A DNA stretch of 24,979 bases from a virus (lineage: Duplodnaviria; Caudoviricetes), in IMG/VR virus record IMGVR_UViG_3300033521_000030, positions 1 through 24,979 of that record. One strand, written 5' to 3'. The notes beneath the pieces were generated by a model. The model searched no databases, was not told the DNA's origin, and was given only the letters and a program-made list of their open reading frames with translations. Shown here one piece after another: positions 14,263-22,978 of this stretch. Position numbers and translations under genes: made by a program. Position 1 is the stretch's first letter. Every line of letters begins with the position of its first letter.

Positions 14263-14516
14263 GCGCGTTCGCTCGCGAAGTCATCCACGCGAGCGACGTG
14301 CAGCTTGAGCAAGCCGCCAGGGACGGCGCGCTTTGCTCATGCGGCTCGTGCTTCAACTGCTACGTGTGGAAGCTCGACGCGGCCTATCGCAGCGAACAGC
14401 TGCGGTTCCCCGAGCCGCCTGTGCCGCACTTCGCATGGTCGAAGTGGGATTGGCTGCGCTGGGCCGTGTTCGATCACTCATCAGGGTTTCACGTGGAACC
14501 AACAGGAGACGAATGA
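14259..14516 (+). CDS. Small hypothetical protein with CxCxxCxxC
   Basis: GGAG SD and GTGA overlap; CSCGSCFNC. Fills the gap before the ATPase. Confidence 0.6.
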   Translation: MSAFAREVIHASDVQLEQAARDGALCSCGSCFNCYVWKLDAAYRSEQLRFPEPPVPHFAWSKWDWLRWAVFDHSSGFHVEPTGDE

Positions 14517-15484
14517 TGTTCAAGAAGGCAGAAAAGCATCAAGCGAAGCTGCGGCTCGCGATCAGCGGTCCGAGCGGCAGCGGCAAGACCTACGGCGCGT
14601 TGCTGTTGGCGAGCGGGCTCGGCGGCAAGATCGCGGTGATCGACACCGAGAACGGATCGGCGTCGCTCTACGCTGACCTCGTGCCGTTCGATGTCGTCGA
14701 GCTGACGCCGCCCTACTCGCCCGAGCGATACATCGAGGCGCTGCAGGCGGCCGAGGCCGGCGGCTACAGCACGGTCATCATCGACTCGCTGACTCACGAA
14801 TGGCAGGGCGAAGGCGGCTGCTTGCAGATCGCGGATCAGGTGTCGGCCGTGACGAAGAACTCCTACACGGCCTGGGCGAAGGTGACGCCACGGCATCAGG
14901 CGCTGCTGGACGCGGTCCAGCGCTCCGGGTGCCACGTCATCGCGACGATGCGATCCAAGCAGGACTACGTGCTCGAAGATCGCAACGGGAAGAAGACGCC
15001 GCGCAAGATCGGGCTCGCGCCCGTGCAGCGCGACGGCATCGAGTACGAGTGGACGATCATGTTCGATCTGTCGATCGACGGGCATCTCGCCGTGGCCAGC
15101 AAGGATCGGTCCTCGATGTTCATGGACGCCGACCCCTTCAAGATCACGGCGGCAACGGGCAAGCGCTGCCTGAGCTGGCTGACGACCGGCAGCGCGCCGG
15201 CACCGCAGCCGCAGCGCGCCGAGCCCGAGGCGCCGCCCGTCGTGCCCGAGGCGCCGACCCCGGTGCCGACCGACGAGCCCGGTGATGGCTGGGAGCAGTT
15301 CGAGCCGGGCCTGAGCACGTTCATCGAGCGCGTGAAGAAGGCGCGGACGCGGCATTCGCTGGAGGAGATTCGCAGCGAAGCCAAGCAGTGGTGCATGGCC
15401 GAGCGCGATACGGCCGGCTGGTCGGCGATCGATGCCGCCTCGCGCAAGCGCTTGGCCGAACTCAACGCAGCAGAGAGGAAGTGA
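14513..15484 (+). CDS. Sak4-like AAA_24 ATPase (single-strand annealing recombinase)
   Basis: MFKKAEK..AKLRLAISGPSGSGKT (Walker A), IAVIDTE, IIDSLTHEW (Walker B), IATMRSK and GLAPVQR.GIEYE. Adjacent to Gp157-like and SSB genes. Confidence 0.85.
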   Translation: MMFKKAEKHQAKLRLAISGPSGSGKTYGALLLASGLGGKIAVIDTENGSASLYADLVPFDVVELTPPYSPERYIEALQAAEAGGYSTVIIDSLTHEWQGEGGCLQIADQVSAVTKNSYTAWAKVTPRHQALLDAVQRSGCHVIATMRSKQDYVLEDRNGKKTPRKIGLAPVQRDGIEYEWTIMFDLSIDGHLAVASKDRSSMFMDADPFKITAATGKRCLSWLTTGSAPAPQPQRAEPEAPPVVPEAPTPVPTDEPGDGWEQFEPGLSTFIERVKKARTRHSLEEIRSEAKQWCMAERDTAGWSAIDAASRKRLAELNAAERK

Positions 15485-15486
15485 CC

Positions 15487-16005
15487 ATGGGCAACGTGAC
15501 CCTTTACGAGATCGGCGAGCGGTATCGGACCGCCTTTGAGGCGCTCGGCGCGCTGCAGGAGGAGGGCGAGATCAACGAGCTGATGGTGAGCGACACGCTC
15601 GGCGCCATCGAGGCCGAGTTCAACGACAAGGCCATCAACGTCGGCGCGTACCTGCTCGGGCTGGACGCGTTCATCGATCAGGTCGACGACGAGGTCGGGC
15701 GCTTGCAGAAGATCGCGAAGCGGGCGCAGACGCAGCGACAGGCGCTGCACTCGTACCTCAAGGCACAGATGGAGAAGCTGGGGATCAAGAAGATCGAGTC
15801 GAAGGCCGCGCCGTTCCTTCGCCTGACGATCAAGCCGAACCCGCCGCGCTTGGTCATGGACGACCCGAAGGCGATCCCCGACGAGTACGTGCGGCAGGAG
15901 ATGACGCTCATCTACGAGAAGGAGGAGATCAAGCGGGCGCTCAAGGCCGGCATCGAGGTGCCGGGTGTTCATCTGGAATCTGGATCAAGACTGGAGGTCA
16001 AGTGA
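15487..16005 (+). CDS. Siphovirus Gp157-family protein
   Basis: TLYEI...DTLGAIEAEFNDKAINV...IPDEY...KEEIKRALKAGIEVPGVHLE...LEVK. Confidence 0.9.
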   Translation: MGNVTLYEIGERYRTAFEALGALQEEGEINELMVSDTLGAIEAEFNDKAINVGAYLLGLDAFIDQVDDEVGRLQKIAKRAQTQRQALHSYLKAQMEKLGIKKIESKAAPFLRLTIKPNPPRLVMDDPKAIPDEYVRQEMTLIYEKEEIKRALKAGIEVPGVHLESGSRLEVK

Positions 16006-16217
16006 TGGCCAACGCCAACAGCAAAAAGCGCGTCTACATCGTGACGACCGAGGCGGGCGAGACGATGCTCGTGAAGGCGTTCACGCCGATGAGGGCGCGG
16101 AACCACGTCGCACGCAACGCCTACAAGGTGCGGCTGGCGACGCATGAGGAGCTGGTCGATCTCGTCGCCAACGGCAACGAGGTCGAGGACGCAACGACTG
16201 AGGAGACGACACGATGA
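16005..16217 (+). CDS. Conserved-looking small phage protein
   Basis: RVYIV...LVKA..P..A.NHVA....VRLATHEELVDL...G.EVEDA pattern; GGAGG SD. Start is 16002 (GTG) or 16005. Confidence 0.8.
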   Translation: MANANSKKRVYIVTTEAGETMLVKAFTPMRARNHVARNAYKVRLATHEELVDLVANGNEVEDATTEETTR

Positions 16218-16660
16218 AGATGATCGGCTTGGCACGGCTCGGCGCTGACGCCGAGATTCGGTTCACGGAGAGCGGCATCGCCTACGCGCACCTGTCGCTC
16301 GCTTTCGACTACGGCAAGAAGGACGAGAGCGGGAAGCGCCCCACCCAATGGGTGCGCGCGACGATGTGGGGGAAGCGGGCCGAGGCGCTCGCCTCGTTCC
16401 TCGTGAAGGGCACGCTGCTGCTGGTCGACCTTCGCGACGTGCACGTCCGCGAGTGGCAGACGGACACGAAGTCCGGGGCGTCGCTCGAAGGCACGGTGAA
16501 CGACGTCGAGTTTGCGGGCGGCGGCTCGACCGCATCGAGCGGCAGCCCCGCGCGCCCAGCAGCGCCAGCACGCGCCGCGCACAACGCGGCGAAGGCTGAC
16601 GGCTACCAGCCGGCCAGCACGCCAGCGCTCGACAACTGGGACGACGACGTGCCGTTCTGA
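16214..16660 (+). CDS. ssb: Single-stranded DNA-binding protein
   Basis: ARLGADAEIRFT..G, TQWVRATMWGKRAEALA.FL.KG, a flexible linker and the acidic tip WDDDVPF. Confidence 0.93.
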   Translation: MKMIGLARLGADAEIRFTESGIAYAHLSLAFDYGKKDESGKRPTQWVRATMWGKRAEALASFLVKGTLLLVDLRDVHVREWQTDTKSGASLEGTVNDVEFAGGGSTASSGSPARPAAPARAAHNAAKADGYQPASTPALDNWDDDVPF

Positions 16661-16683
16661 CGGCTCGCCTGCACGCGTGAACG

Positions 16684-16710
16684 CAGCGCCGCCCCTCGGG
16701 GCGGCGTTGT
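16684..16710. terminator. GC-rich hairpin at the convergence of early and tail transcription (possible terminator)
   Basis: CAGCGCCGCCCC-TC-GGGGCGGCGTTG about 24 nt after ssb; only a weak U-tail. Confidence 0.45.
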
Positions 16711-17079
16711 CGTCTCGGGGCCGGCGATCGGCCGGCAATGGAAATGAGACCCCTTCCCGCCGCCCAGGCCGTCCTCGTTGGCCGGCGCGGGATCGACCTC
16801 GCCGATGACGCGTCAGCCCGCGCGTGGCGTCACGTCCTGACGCAGGCGCGGCGATCGCCCCGAACTGCGGCACACGTCGCGCCCCACGCTCCCGACGCCG
16901 CCTAGCGCGTCCTGCGCCCTCGTACCGCCAAGCAGTAGATTAGCGCTTGCTTATGGACGCCCTGAGCCGCCCCGTGTGGCGTCGGGCGACGCGATCGACC
17001 CGGACGCACGGGTTCGCGACGATCGCGCGTCCTGGCTCGTCCTGGCCGCTCGACGCGCGGCCCACGACGCGGTCAGCGC

Positions 17080-17310
17080 TCACACCTCCAGCGCGATCGG
17101 GCTCCCGAGGTCGGGCGCCTTGCCCTCGATGGCCCCGCCCCGGACGAACGCGAACTGCCCCGTCGGCACCGACACCCCACGCACGGTCTGTGTGCCGCCG
17201 CCGAGCATGAGCACGTCGCTCGTCTGCCGCAGCGTATCGATGGCCTCGACCTGACCGATCTCCAGCGGATCGTCAGGGATCAACGCCTTGAAGCGCTTCC
17301 ACAGATTCAT
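17080..17310 (-). CDS. Small tail-tip-associated protein (76 aa)
   Basis: GGAGG SD then ATG 17310: MNLWKRFKALIP.DPL.IG.V...GGG...VRG..V..G..AFVRGGAIEG.AP.L. Last gene of the tail module. Confidence 0.7.
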   Translation of the reverse strand: MNLWKRFKALIPDDPLEIGQVEAIDTLRQTSDVLMLGGGTQTVRGVSVPTGQFAFVRGGAIEGKAPDLGSPIALEV

Positions 17311-17594
17311 GCCACCTCCTTCCGCTTGAACGCCTGCGGGCGCTTGTCGACCCAATTCCCGTCGCGCTTGAAGTGCCACCAGATCGCCGGCCAATCGACC
17401 CAGCGCTCGCACCACTCGTGCAGGCCGTCCTCGGGCGGCGTGAACGCCTCCAGGTTCGCTTGCGTGAAGCCGTCGAGCGTCCGGGCGGCCTTGGCTGCGG
17501 CCACGACCTGATCGCGCCACCTGGGCGCGCTCAAGCGCTCCGCCCACCACTTCGTCGGGAAGTTCTTCCAGCCGTTGAGCTGTTCTCGCGTCAC
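17307..17594 (-). CDS. Trp-rich hypothetical protein inserted in the tail operon
   Basis: GTGA and ATGA overlaps at both ends; LNGWKNFPTKWW...VDWPAIWWHF. Confidence 0.65.
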   Translation of the reverse strand: MTREQLNGWKNFPTKWWAERLSAPRWRDQVVAAAKAARTLDGFTQANLEAFTPPEDGLHEWCERWVDWPAIWWHFKRDGNWVDKRPQAFKRKEVA

Positions 17595-19711
17595 AGGTAG
17601 TGCCTCTCGATCTCGATCTTCTGCGTGACCTTCGGGCGCCCGGCCTGAATCTCGACGCCACGGACCAGCCCGCGCCAGTTGCCCTCGCCGGTGTCGCCGA
17701 TCTGCACGAGCTTGCCGGGCAGGATGACGTCGAGCCCCAGCGACGGGATCAGCGCCGTCTCCATGCTGACGAGCGCCTGCCGGCCGGTGTTCGCGAGGAT
17801 GGACAGCCCGCGCTCGTGCGCCGCGTACTGATGGGTGAGCGCCTTGTGGACGGCGGTCGGCGCGATGATGTCGCCAGCCGACAGCGCCCGCGTGACCTGA
17901 GCGACGAGCCCCTGCGTCTCGCCCGAGACGAACACCCGGTTGTACCGGGGCCGCTCCTGCCACTCCATCCCCTCCTGCCGGATCACGTCGAGCGGGATGG
18001 CGTAGTCCGGGGTCGCCGCGCCCCAGACCCACGGGGCGACCGGGTAGCGCGACCCGACGATCAGCCGCTCCTGCGTCTTGTGCGACTGCACAACGGCCTC
18101 GACGGCGCTGGCGATGTCGAGCACCGCCTCCAGCGGCGTGCCGGCGAACGACCACGCCCCTGCCGTCACCAGCCACTCGTTGTAGGTGTCCATCCCGAGC
18201 GTCCAGTCGAGCCCGTAGCCGTAGGGGAGCGCGTCCTGCGCGAGCTGGTAGGCGAGCGTGTCGACCGCCGGGTTCCACGTCTGCTGCGCCGCGTAGGGCG
18301 CCGCGAGGTACGCCGTGCGCGACCGGCCCCGGATCGAGAGCGTGGCCTTGCCGAACTCGCGGGAGCGGCTGATCTCCTCGACCACGAACTCCCACTGCAC
18401 CCCGTTGATGGTCGCCCTGACCTCGGCGGGGTCGCCGTTGACCGGGCTCACCTTCGCCAGCTCGGTGGCCGGCAGCTCGGCAGAGAACGACCACGCCCAC
18501 GAGTCCGCGTCCGTGGCGATGGTCATGCTCAAGACGTGGACGTTGGTGCAGAGCGGGAGGAGACAGAGCGATGCAGTGTCCATGGTCAGGTACACCTTGA
18601 GGATGGGGATGATGACCAGCGAGTTGCCGCCCCACGACTTCTCGCAGATGAAGTTCAGGCGGACATCGAGCGGGTCGATGGCGGCGAGCGACTGCCAGAG
18701 GTTGAGCGGCACCGCGCCGCCCGGTGGCGGGACGTAGCACCCAGCGAACGGATCAGGCGGGACCGGCGGGACGGGCGGGGTATAGATGTCGTTGCCCCAG
18801 CCGTACACGTCGCGGCCTTCCTGCCAGCCCGAGCAGTACGGGCGGATCGACCAGACGCCGGGCTGCCAATCGCTGCACCACGACACGGACGGCAAAGGTT
18901 GCGTCACTTGCCACGGGTTGCGCCGTGCGGGCCGGGCCTCGCGGAACAGCACGATCCACGAGTCGCGCTGGGCGAACAGGATGTCTCCGCCCTCGCGCCA
19001 GCCGGTGTCGCGTCGCTGGCGGACGGGCACCCCGTACTCATGACCGAGGCGCCATGCCGTCGAGAGGTGGTCGCCGTGCGTCCAGCCGCCGCAGGACCGC
19101 GCCCGGAGATGCGTCGCCTCCGCGTGGCCGGCGCACGTCTGCCGCCCGAGCCGGGTGCCGCGCTGCCACGGCGCCGCCGTCAGGGTGCGGTTCTTGTTCG
19201 GTTGCTGGTACGAGGACGCGAGCCGGTGGCGGTGGTTGATGCCGTGTTTCCAGCCGGTGCAGGCGCCGCTGCTGACGCCACGGTAGGTGTTAGCGTCAAA
19301 GACGAAGCCGATTTCAGTAAGAGGAGACGGCGCAGCACCGCTTATCGCGTAGTAGATCGGGAGTTCATAGTCGAACGCCAATTCGCCGAACGGGCTGGGC
19401 GCCATGCCATCGACGACGAACCCGAGGGCAAGCGAGATTTCGCCAACCGGCGAAGGCGCGATGCCATCAATTTCATAGGCGCCCTCGTAGGAGAGATTGA
19501 TGTCGCCAACGGGGCGTGGCGCCTTACCGTTGAGGAGCAGGCTCGGGTTGTAGAGATCCTGCGAGAAGCGAGGCTCGGCATACCTCGGAAGAAAGGTGTT
19601 GTGAAGCTCCGGGTCATATGCCTGTGTCTCGAACGGCGCGATAATGATCGAGCCGAAAGCGGCGCCGCCGGCATAGTGGCGAGCACGATAGCTTGCGCCT
19701 TCGCCTGCCAC
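17591..19711 (-). CDS. Tail-tip hub-like protein with N-terminal repeat region
   Basis: C-terminal half (DADSWAWSFS...SIRGRSRTAYL.APY...YNRVFVSGE..G...ILPGKLV...WRGLVRGV.I...IERH) is hub-like. N-terminal half has 14-aa periodic repeats. Confidence 0.7.
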   Translation of the reverse strand: MAGEGASYRARHYAGGAAFGSIIIAPFETQAYDPELHNTFLPRYAEPRFSQDLYNPSLLLNGKAPRPVGDINLSYEGAYEIDGIAPSPVGEISLALGFVVDGMAPSPFGELAFDYELPIYYAISGAAPSPLTEIGFVFDANTYRGVSSGACTGWKHGINHRHRLASSYQQPNKNRTLTAAPWQRGTRLGRQTCAGHAEATHLRARSCGGWTHGDHLSTAWRLGHEYGVPVRQRRDTGWREGGDILFAQRDSWIVLFREARPARRNPWQVTQPLPSVSWCSDWQPGVWSIRPYCSGWQEGRDVYGWGNDIYTPPVPPVPPDPFAGCYVPPPGGAVPLNLWQSLAAIDPLDVRLNFICEKSWGGNSLVIIPILKVYLTMDTASLCLLPLCTNVHVLSMTIATDADSWAWSFSAELPATELAKVSPVNGDPAEVRATINGVQWEFVVEEISRSREFGKATLSIRGRSRTAYLAAPYAAQQTWNPAVDTLAYQLAQDALPYGYGLDWTLGMDTYNEWLVTAGAWSFAGTPLEAVLDIASAVEAVVQSHKTQERLIVGSRYPVAPWVWGAATPDYAIPLDVIRQEGMEWQERPRYNRVFVSGETQGLVAQVTRALSAGDIIAPTAVHKALTHQYAAHERGLSILANTGRQALVSMETALIPSLGLDVILPGKLVQIGDTGEGNWRGLVRGVEIQAGRPKVTQKIEIERHYL

Positions 19712-19714
19712 ATC

Positions 19715-20116
19715 TTACCCGTCGCGCAGATAGGCCGAAGTCGGCAGCAGTTTGCCGCCCGCGTAGAGGTAGGACGAGCCGACCTCAAGGTCTGCACCGC
19801 TGCCCGGAAGGCCGACAGACATATCACCGACGACCGCGCCATCACGATCAAGGACACGCGCCCAATTCGGCGCTCCGCTTGCCGCGATGATCGTCTCAGC
19901 CGCCACGGATAGAGCAAGGTCGCCGGCTGTCGTTGTGCCGCTGGGGTTCCCGAGATTGATCGTTGCGAGCAACGTCGCGCCGGTTGGTGTTCCGCCGGTT
20001 GCTGGGCGCGGTGTCGTGTAGACCTTGATGCACGCAGTACCGCTGCCGGTGTCGATCTTTGCTCGCACCGCTTCCATGCGGGAATACTTGACGCTGTCGA
20101 TGTACTGGACGGTCAT
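19715..20116 (-). CDS. Small virion structural protein (tail-associated)
   Basis: IKVYT.PRPA.G......TLLATI.L..P...SG..NWARV.D.DG..V.DMSVG..GSGADL pattern in tail context. Confidence 0.7.
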   Translation of the reverse strand: MTVQYIDSVKYSRMEAVRAKIDTGSGTACIKVYTTPRPATGGTPTGATLLATINLGNPSGTTTAGDLALSVAAETIIAASGAPNWARVLDRDGAVVGDMSVGLPGSGADLEVGSSYLYAGGKLLPTSAYLRDG

Positions 20117-20517
20117 TCTTCATCCTCCCAAGGAACGGTTTCGACGCCGTCATAGACAACCGCGTTAAATCTCGTTTTTGCATCCTGCGCCATGACGAGA
20201 TAGCGGCGCGGTCCAGCCACCAGCGGATAAAGGCGAAAATGTCCGGTAACCGGGTCGCTGAAGGTGTGCAGCTTTGGCGTAAGCCCCTTGGTGTCAAGCG
20301 CAACGACCCGGCTCCTCGCCGGCATACTTTGAACCGTTACCGTTCCCTCGATCATCCCTGCCCAATGTTCAACGATGCCGGGAGCATCAGGCAGCGAGCC
20401 GCGATTGATTCGACGGTAGACCCACTTGATTTCCGAAGGCGCGCTCGTTCGCCACGAGTAAAGCCTAAGAACCGGGCCTAGCGCAGAGCCAGAGTAATGC
20501 TCAAGCGGAAGCGGCAT
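20113..20517 (-). CDS. Tail-fibre-associated protein (prealbumin-like beta sandwich)
   Basis: IEGTVTV...PARSRV.ALD......TFSDP.TGHF......RYLVMA.D....FNAVV.D.V, directly after the fibre genes. Confidence 0.6.
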   Translation of the reverse strand: MPLPLEHYSGSALGPVLRLYSWRTSAPSEIKWVYRRINRGSLPDAPGIVEHWAGMIEGTVTVQSMPARSRVVALDTKGLTPKLHTFSDPVTGHFRLYPLVAGPRRYLVMAQDAKTRFNAVVYDGVETVPWEDEE

Positions 20518-20520
20518 CCA

Positions 20521-21723
20521 TCACTCCCACGGCCCATAAATATCCAGCAACACACGACCTGTTCTCGGCGTAAAGTCGGAGCCTGACGATGGGCCGATGA
20601 GCGGCATGACGGCGCACACGCGCCCCTCAAGTCCGACAACACCCGACACAAACTGCGGCCCCCATTGAGTTGCAAGCGGCACGTTGCTCATGCACCAATA
20701 GACGCCGCGCATCTTGCCGCGCACCGGGTTGCCGCCAGCGCCTTCTTCCCGTATCAGCGCGTCAGTGACTACGATGTTGTTGTCAACAGCAGCGGGGAAC
20801 GGAAGGCCGCCATAGCCTGACAGCACGACGCCAATGTTTGACACGCCATCTGCTCTTGCTCCGCTCACTCCATTAACGCCCTGTCGGATGCGACAGCCGC
20901 CATTGGAGAATGTACTCCAGCCAATAGCGGTGAGTATGCTGTTGCCGATTCCATTCGCGCTGCCAGAGCCTCCGAAGGAGGTCAGCACTTCGTTTTTCTG
21001 ATCGTTCGGCTTAAAGGACGCGAAATCTCCAAAGCCATACACGTTCCCAAAGGTTATGGAGTTGTTCGCCCACAGTCCGCGAAGCACAAGGTTCGCTGTC
21101 CTATCATCGCCAACAATGAGAAATTCCGTGCCGTAATTTCTTGGAATCACCCAGCACGGGTTGGTTGAACTTTGCGGCATCCAGTTCTCGCTGCCCGTGT
21201 CGATGTCGGTCATGATGCCGTAGGCAGAGATCATTCCTCCGTTCTGATTGCTGCTGACCACGGTGTCGTCGATTCTGTAGTACGAGCGCGGACTGTCCTC
21301 GTTCTGCGAGCGGTAGACGCGCTTGTTGGTGGCAGTGAACACGCGCTCCCAACCAAGGCTTGGCGTCTTACACGTTATCGTGCCGGTCGCGGTCTGGTTG
21401 CTGATGCCGGACGTGACGAACGTCAACGAGTTTGTTCCTGCGCTCACAGATGCAACGCGCCACTGTCCGTTGAGTGCTGACGGAGTGGCGCCGGCAATCT
21501 CGATGACCTGATCCAGAAGGAAGGTCATTCCAGCACTGCGAGTCAACGTGGCGACGTTGTTATTGACAACGATGCTATCGACCGAAACAAGGTTGAATCC
21601 ATCAACGAGAACCGCGTCAAGAAGCTCTACGCATTTTCCTGCCGTGTTTGAGTAAGACGTTGACTGCGCCGGAATGCCGGCCATCGCGTGCGAGTACCAC
21701 TTCACTTTCGATTCGAGCGCCAT
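20521..21723 (-). CDS. Tail fibre / receptor-binding protein, paralog 2
   Basis: G/S/N/T-rich and lower in GC; full-length similarity to 21725-22975. Confidence 0.7.
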   Translation of the reverse strand: MALESKVKWYSHAMAGIPAQSTSYSNTAGKCVELLDAVLVDGFNLVSVDSIVVNNNVATLTRSAGMTFLLDQVIEIAGATPSALNGQWRVASVSAGTNSLTFVTSGISNQTATGTITCKTPSLGWERVFTATNKRVYRSQNEDSPRSYYRIDDTVVSSNQNGGMISAYGIMTDIDTGSENWMPQSSTNPCWVIPRNYGTEFLIVGDDRTANLVLRGLWANNSITFGNVYGFGDFASFKPNDQKNEVLTSFGGSGSANGIGNSILTAIGWSTFSNGGCRIRQGVNGVSGARADGVSNIGVVLSGYGGLPFPAAVDNNIVVTDALIREEGAGGNPVRGKMRGVYWCMSNVPLATQWGPQFVSGVVGLEGRVCAVMPLIGPSSGSDFTPRTGRVLLDIYGPWE

Positions 21724-21724
21724 C

Positions 21725-22975
21725 TCAAAGCTCCCATGGGCCGGTGAGATCTACGGCGACGCGGCCATCCTGAGCTGGACTAGGCGACGACAAGCCGTTG
21801 CATGGTGTAAAGGGAACGAGCAGCAACGTCCGACCCTCAAGACCAGACACTCCAGTAATGGTATTGCCCGGACAGAACGACCCGAGAGGGCGGTCCTGCA
21901 TACACCAGTAGAGTCCGCGATTCTTGCCGCGCAGCGAGCCGTCGAGCGACTCTCGGAATAGCGCATCGGAAAGCATCAATCCATTGTCTACAGGAGACGG
22001 GAAGCTAGGCCCCTGCCATCCGCTCGCCGAGTTTATGTTCATGGCGCCATAGCCATAATTCATATTGTTGCCGAGCAGTCCTCCGGCACCGCGCATAATC
22101 GTTGCCCGAGAGCCAGAACCTGTTAGCACGGCAGAAAGGAGCCCGCCGCCGGCAATCGTGCGCCCAAAGCCTTGGGTTGAGGTGGACCCCGCCATGCAGA
22201 AGTCGTTGCCGCTGTCGTTCGACTTGAATGAATGGAAGGTTCCGAACCCACCCATCCATACTGTCCTTGCGTAAGTGCTTATGACGTTCGCTAGCAGCCA
22301 AAACCACACGGTAGAGTTGTCGGCAACAATCAGCCACTCGCCCGGCCCCCATGTTGACCAATAAGCGCCGCCAGCATTATTGATTGGCGCGGCAAGCCCC
22401 TGAGATTCAGCGACGAATCCATGCCATTGATCCGAGCCAGTGTCGATGTCGGTCATCAACCGATACGCAGCAATTTGCCTTTGGGACAGCCCGTAGGTGT
22501 CGCCCTCGTAAATCCGAAAGTACGACCGCTGAGTCGCCGTGTTTGGCGACCGGAGAACGAGCTTGAAAGCCGCGAGGTCGGCGTAAGGCGCCTCCCATCC
22601 TGCCGGCGCTGTCTTTATGGTGATCGTGCCGGTGGCGTTCCCATCAGCAATTCCGGTCGCATCGAACTCAATGTAAGAAGCTGTGGCGACAAGAACTCGC
22701 TTCTCGCCGTTGAGTCCTGAAGGCGTAGCCCCAGCAACCAGCACAATCTGATCGAATACGAATCCATGTCCGAGCGATCTTGTAGCCCTTGCTACGCCGG
22801 ACGTAACGACGACGGAGTCCATCGTCATCGTATTGAAGCCATCGACAAGGCACGCCTTGAAGATAGAGCACATGATCGCGTAAGGGGTGGAGCCGTAGCT
22901 GCCACCGTAAGGCCACGGCACGCTCTGCATCCCGCTTTTGTACCACTTGACGCTCGTTTCCGTTGCGTGTGCCAT
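21725..22975 (-). CDS. Tail fibre / receptor-binding protein, paralog 1
   Basis: VKWY, LVDGFN, AGATPS.LNG, ATGTIT.K, MTDIDTGS and GPWE are shared with the next gene. Confidence 0.7.
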   Translation of the reverse strand: MAHATETSVKWYKSGMQSVPWPYGGSYGSTPYAIMCSIFKACLVDGFNTMTMDSVVVTSGVARATRSLGHGFVFDQIVLVAGATPSGLNGEKRVLVATASYIEFDATGIADGNATGTITIKTAPAGWEAPYADLAAFKLVLRSPNTATQRSYFRIYEGDTYGLSQRQIAAYRLMTDIDTGSDQWHGFVAESQGLAAPINNAGGAYWSTWGPGEWLIVADNSTVWFWLLANVISTYARTVWMGGFGTFHSFKSNDSGNDFCMAGSTSTQGFGRTIAGGGLLSAVLTGSGSRATIMRGAGGLLGNNMNYGYGAMNINSASGWQGPSFPSPVDNGLMLSDALFRESLDGSLRGKNRGLYWCMQDRPLGSFCPGNTITGVSGLEGRTLLLVPFTPCNGLSSPSPAQDGRVAVDLTGPWEL

Positions 22976-22978
22976 CAG

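Noticed and set aside
17595-18740. Upstream part of the 477-aa minus-strand ORF 17307-18740
   Set aside because: Out-of-frame overlap with the hub-like gene; only the last 95 codons (from GTG 17594) look coding.
17600-19912. 770-aa plus-strand ORF and similar long opposite-strand ORFs (10948-12099, 14965-15972, 23453-24868)
   Set aside because: Antisense shadows of real high-GC genes; no SD or motifs.
20521-22975. Diversity-generating retroelement or invertible tail-fibre switch
   Set aside because: No reverse transcriptase or invertase in the window, no ~100-nt repeat pair differing only at adenines, and the two genes are in direct orientation and highly diverged.
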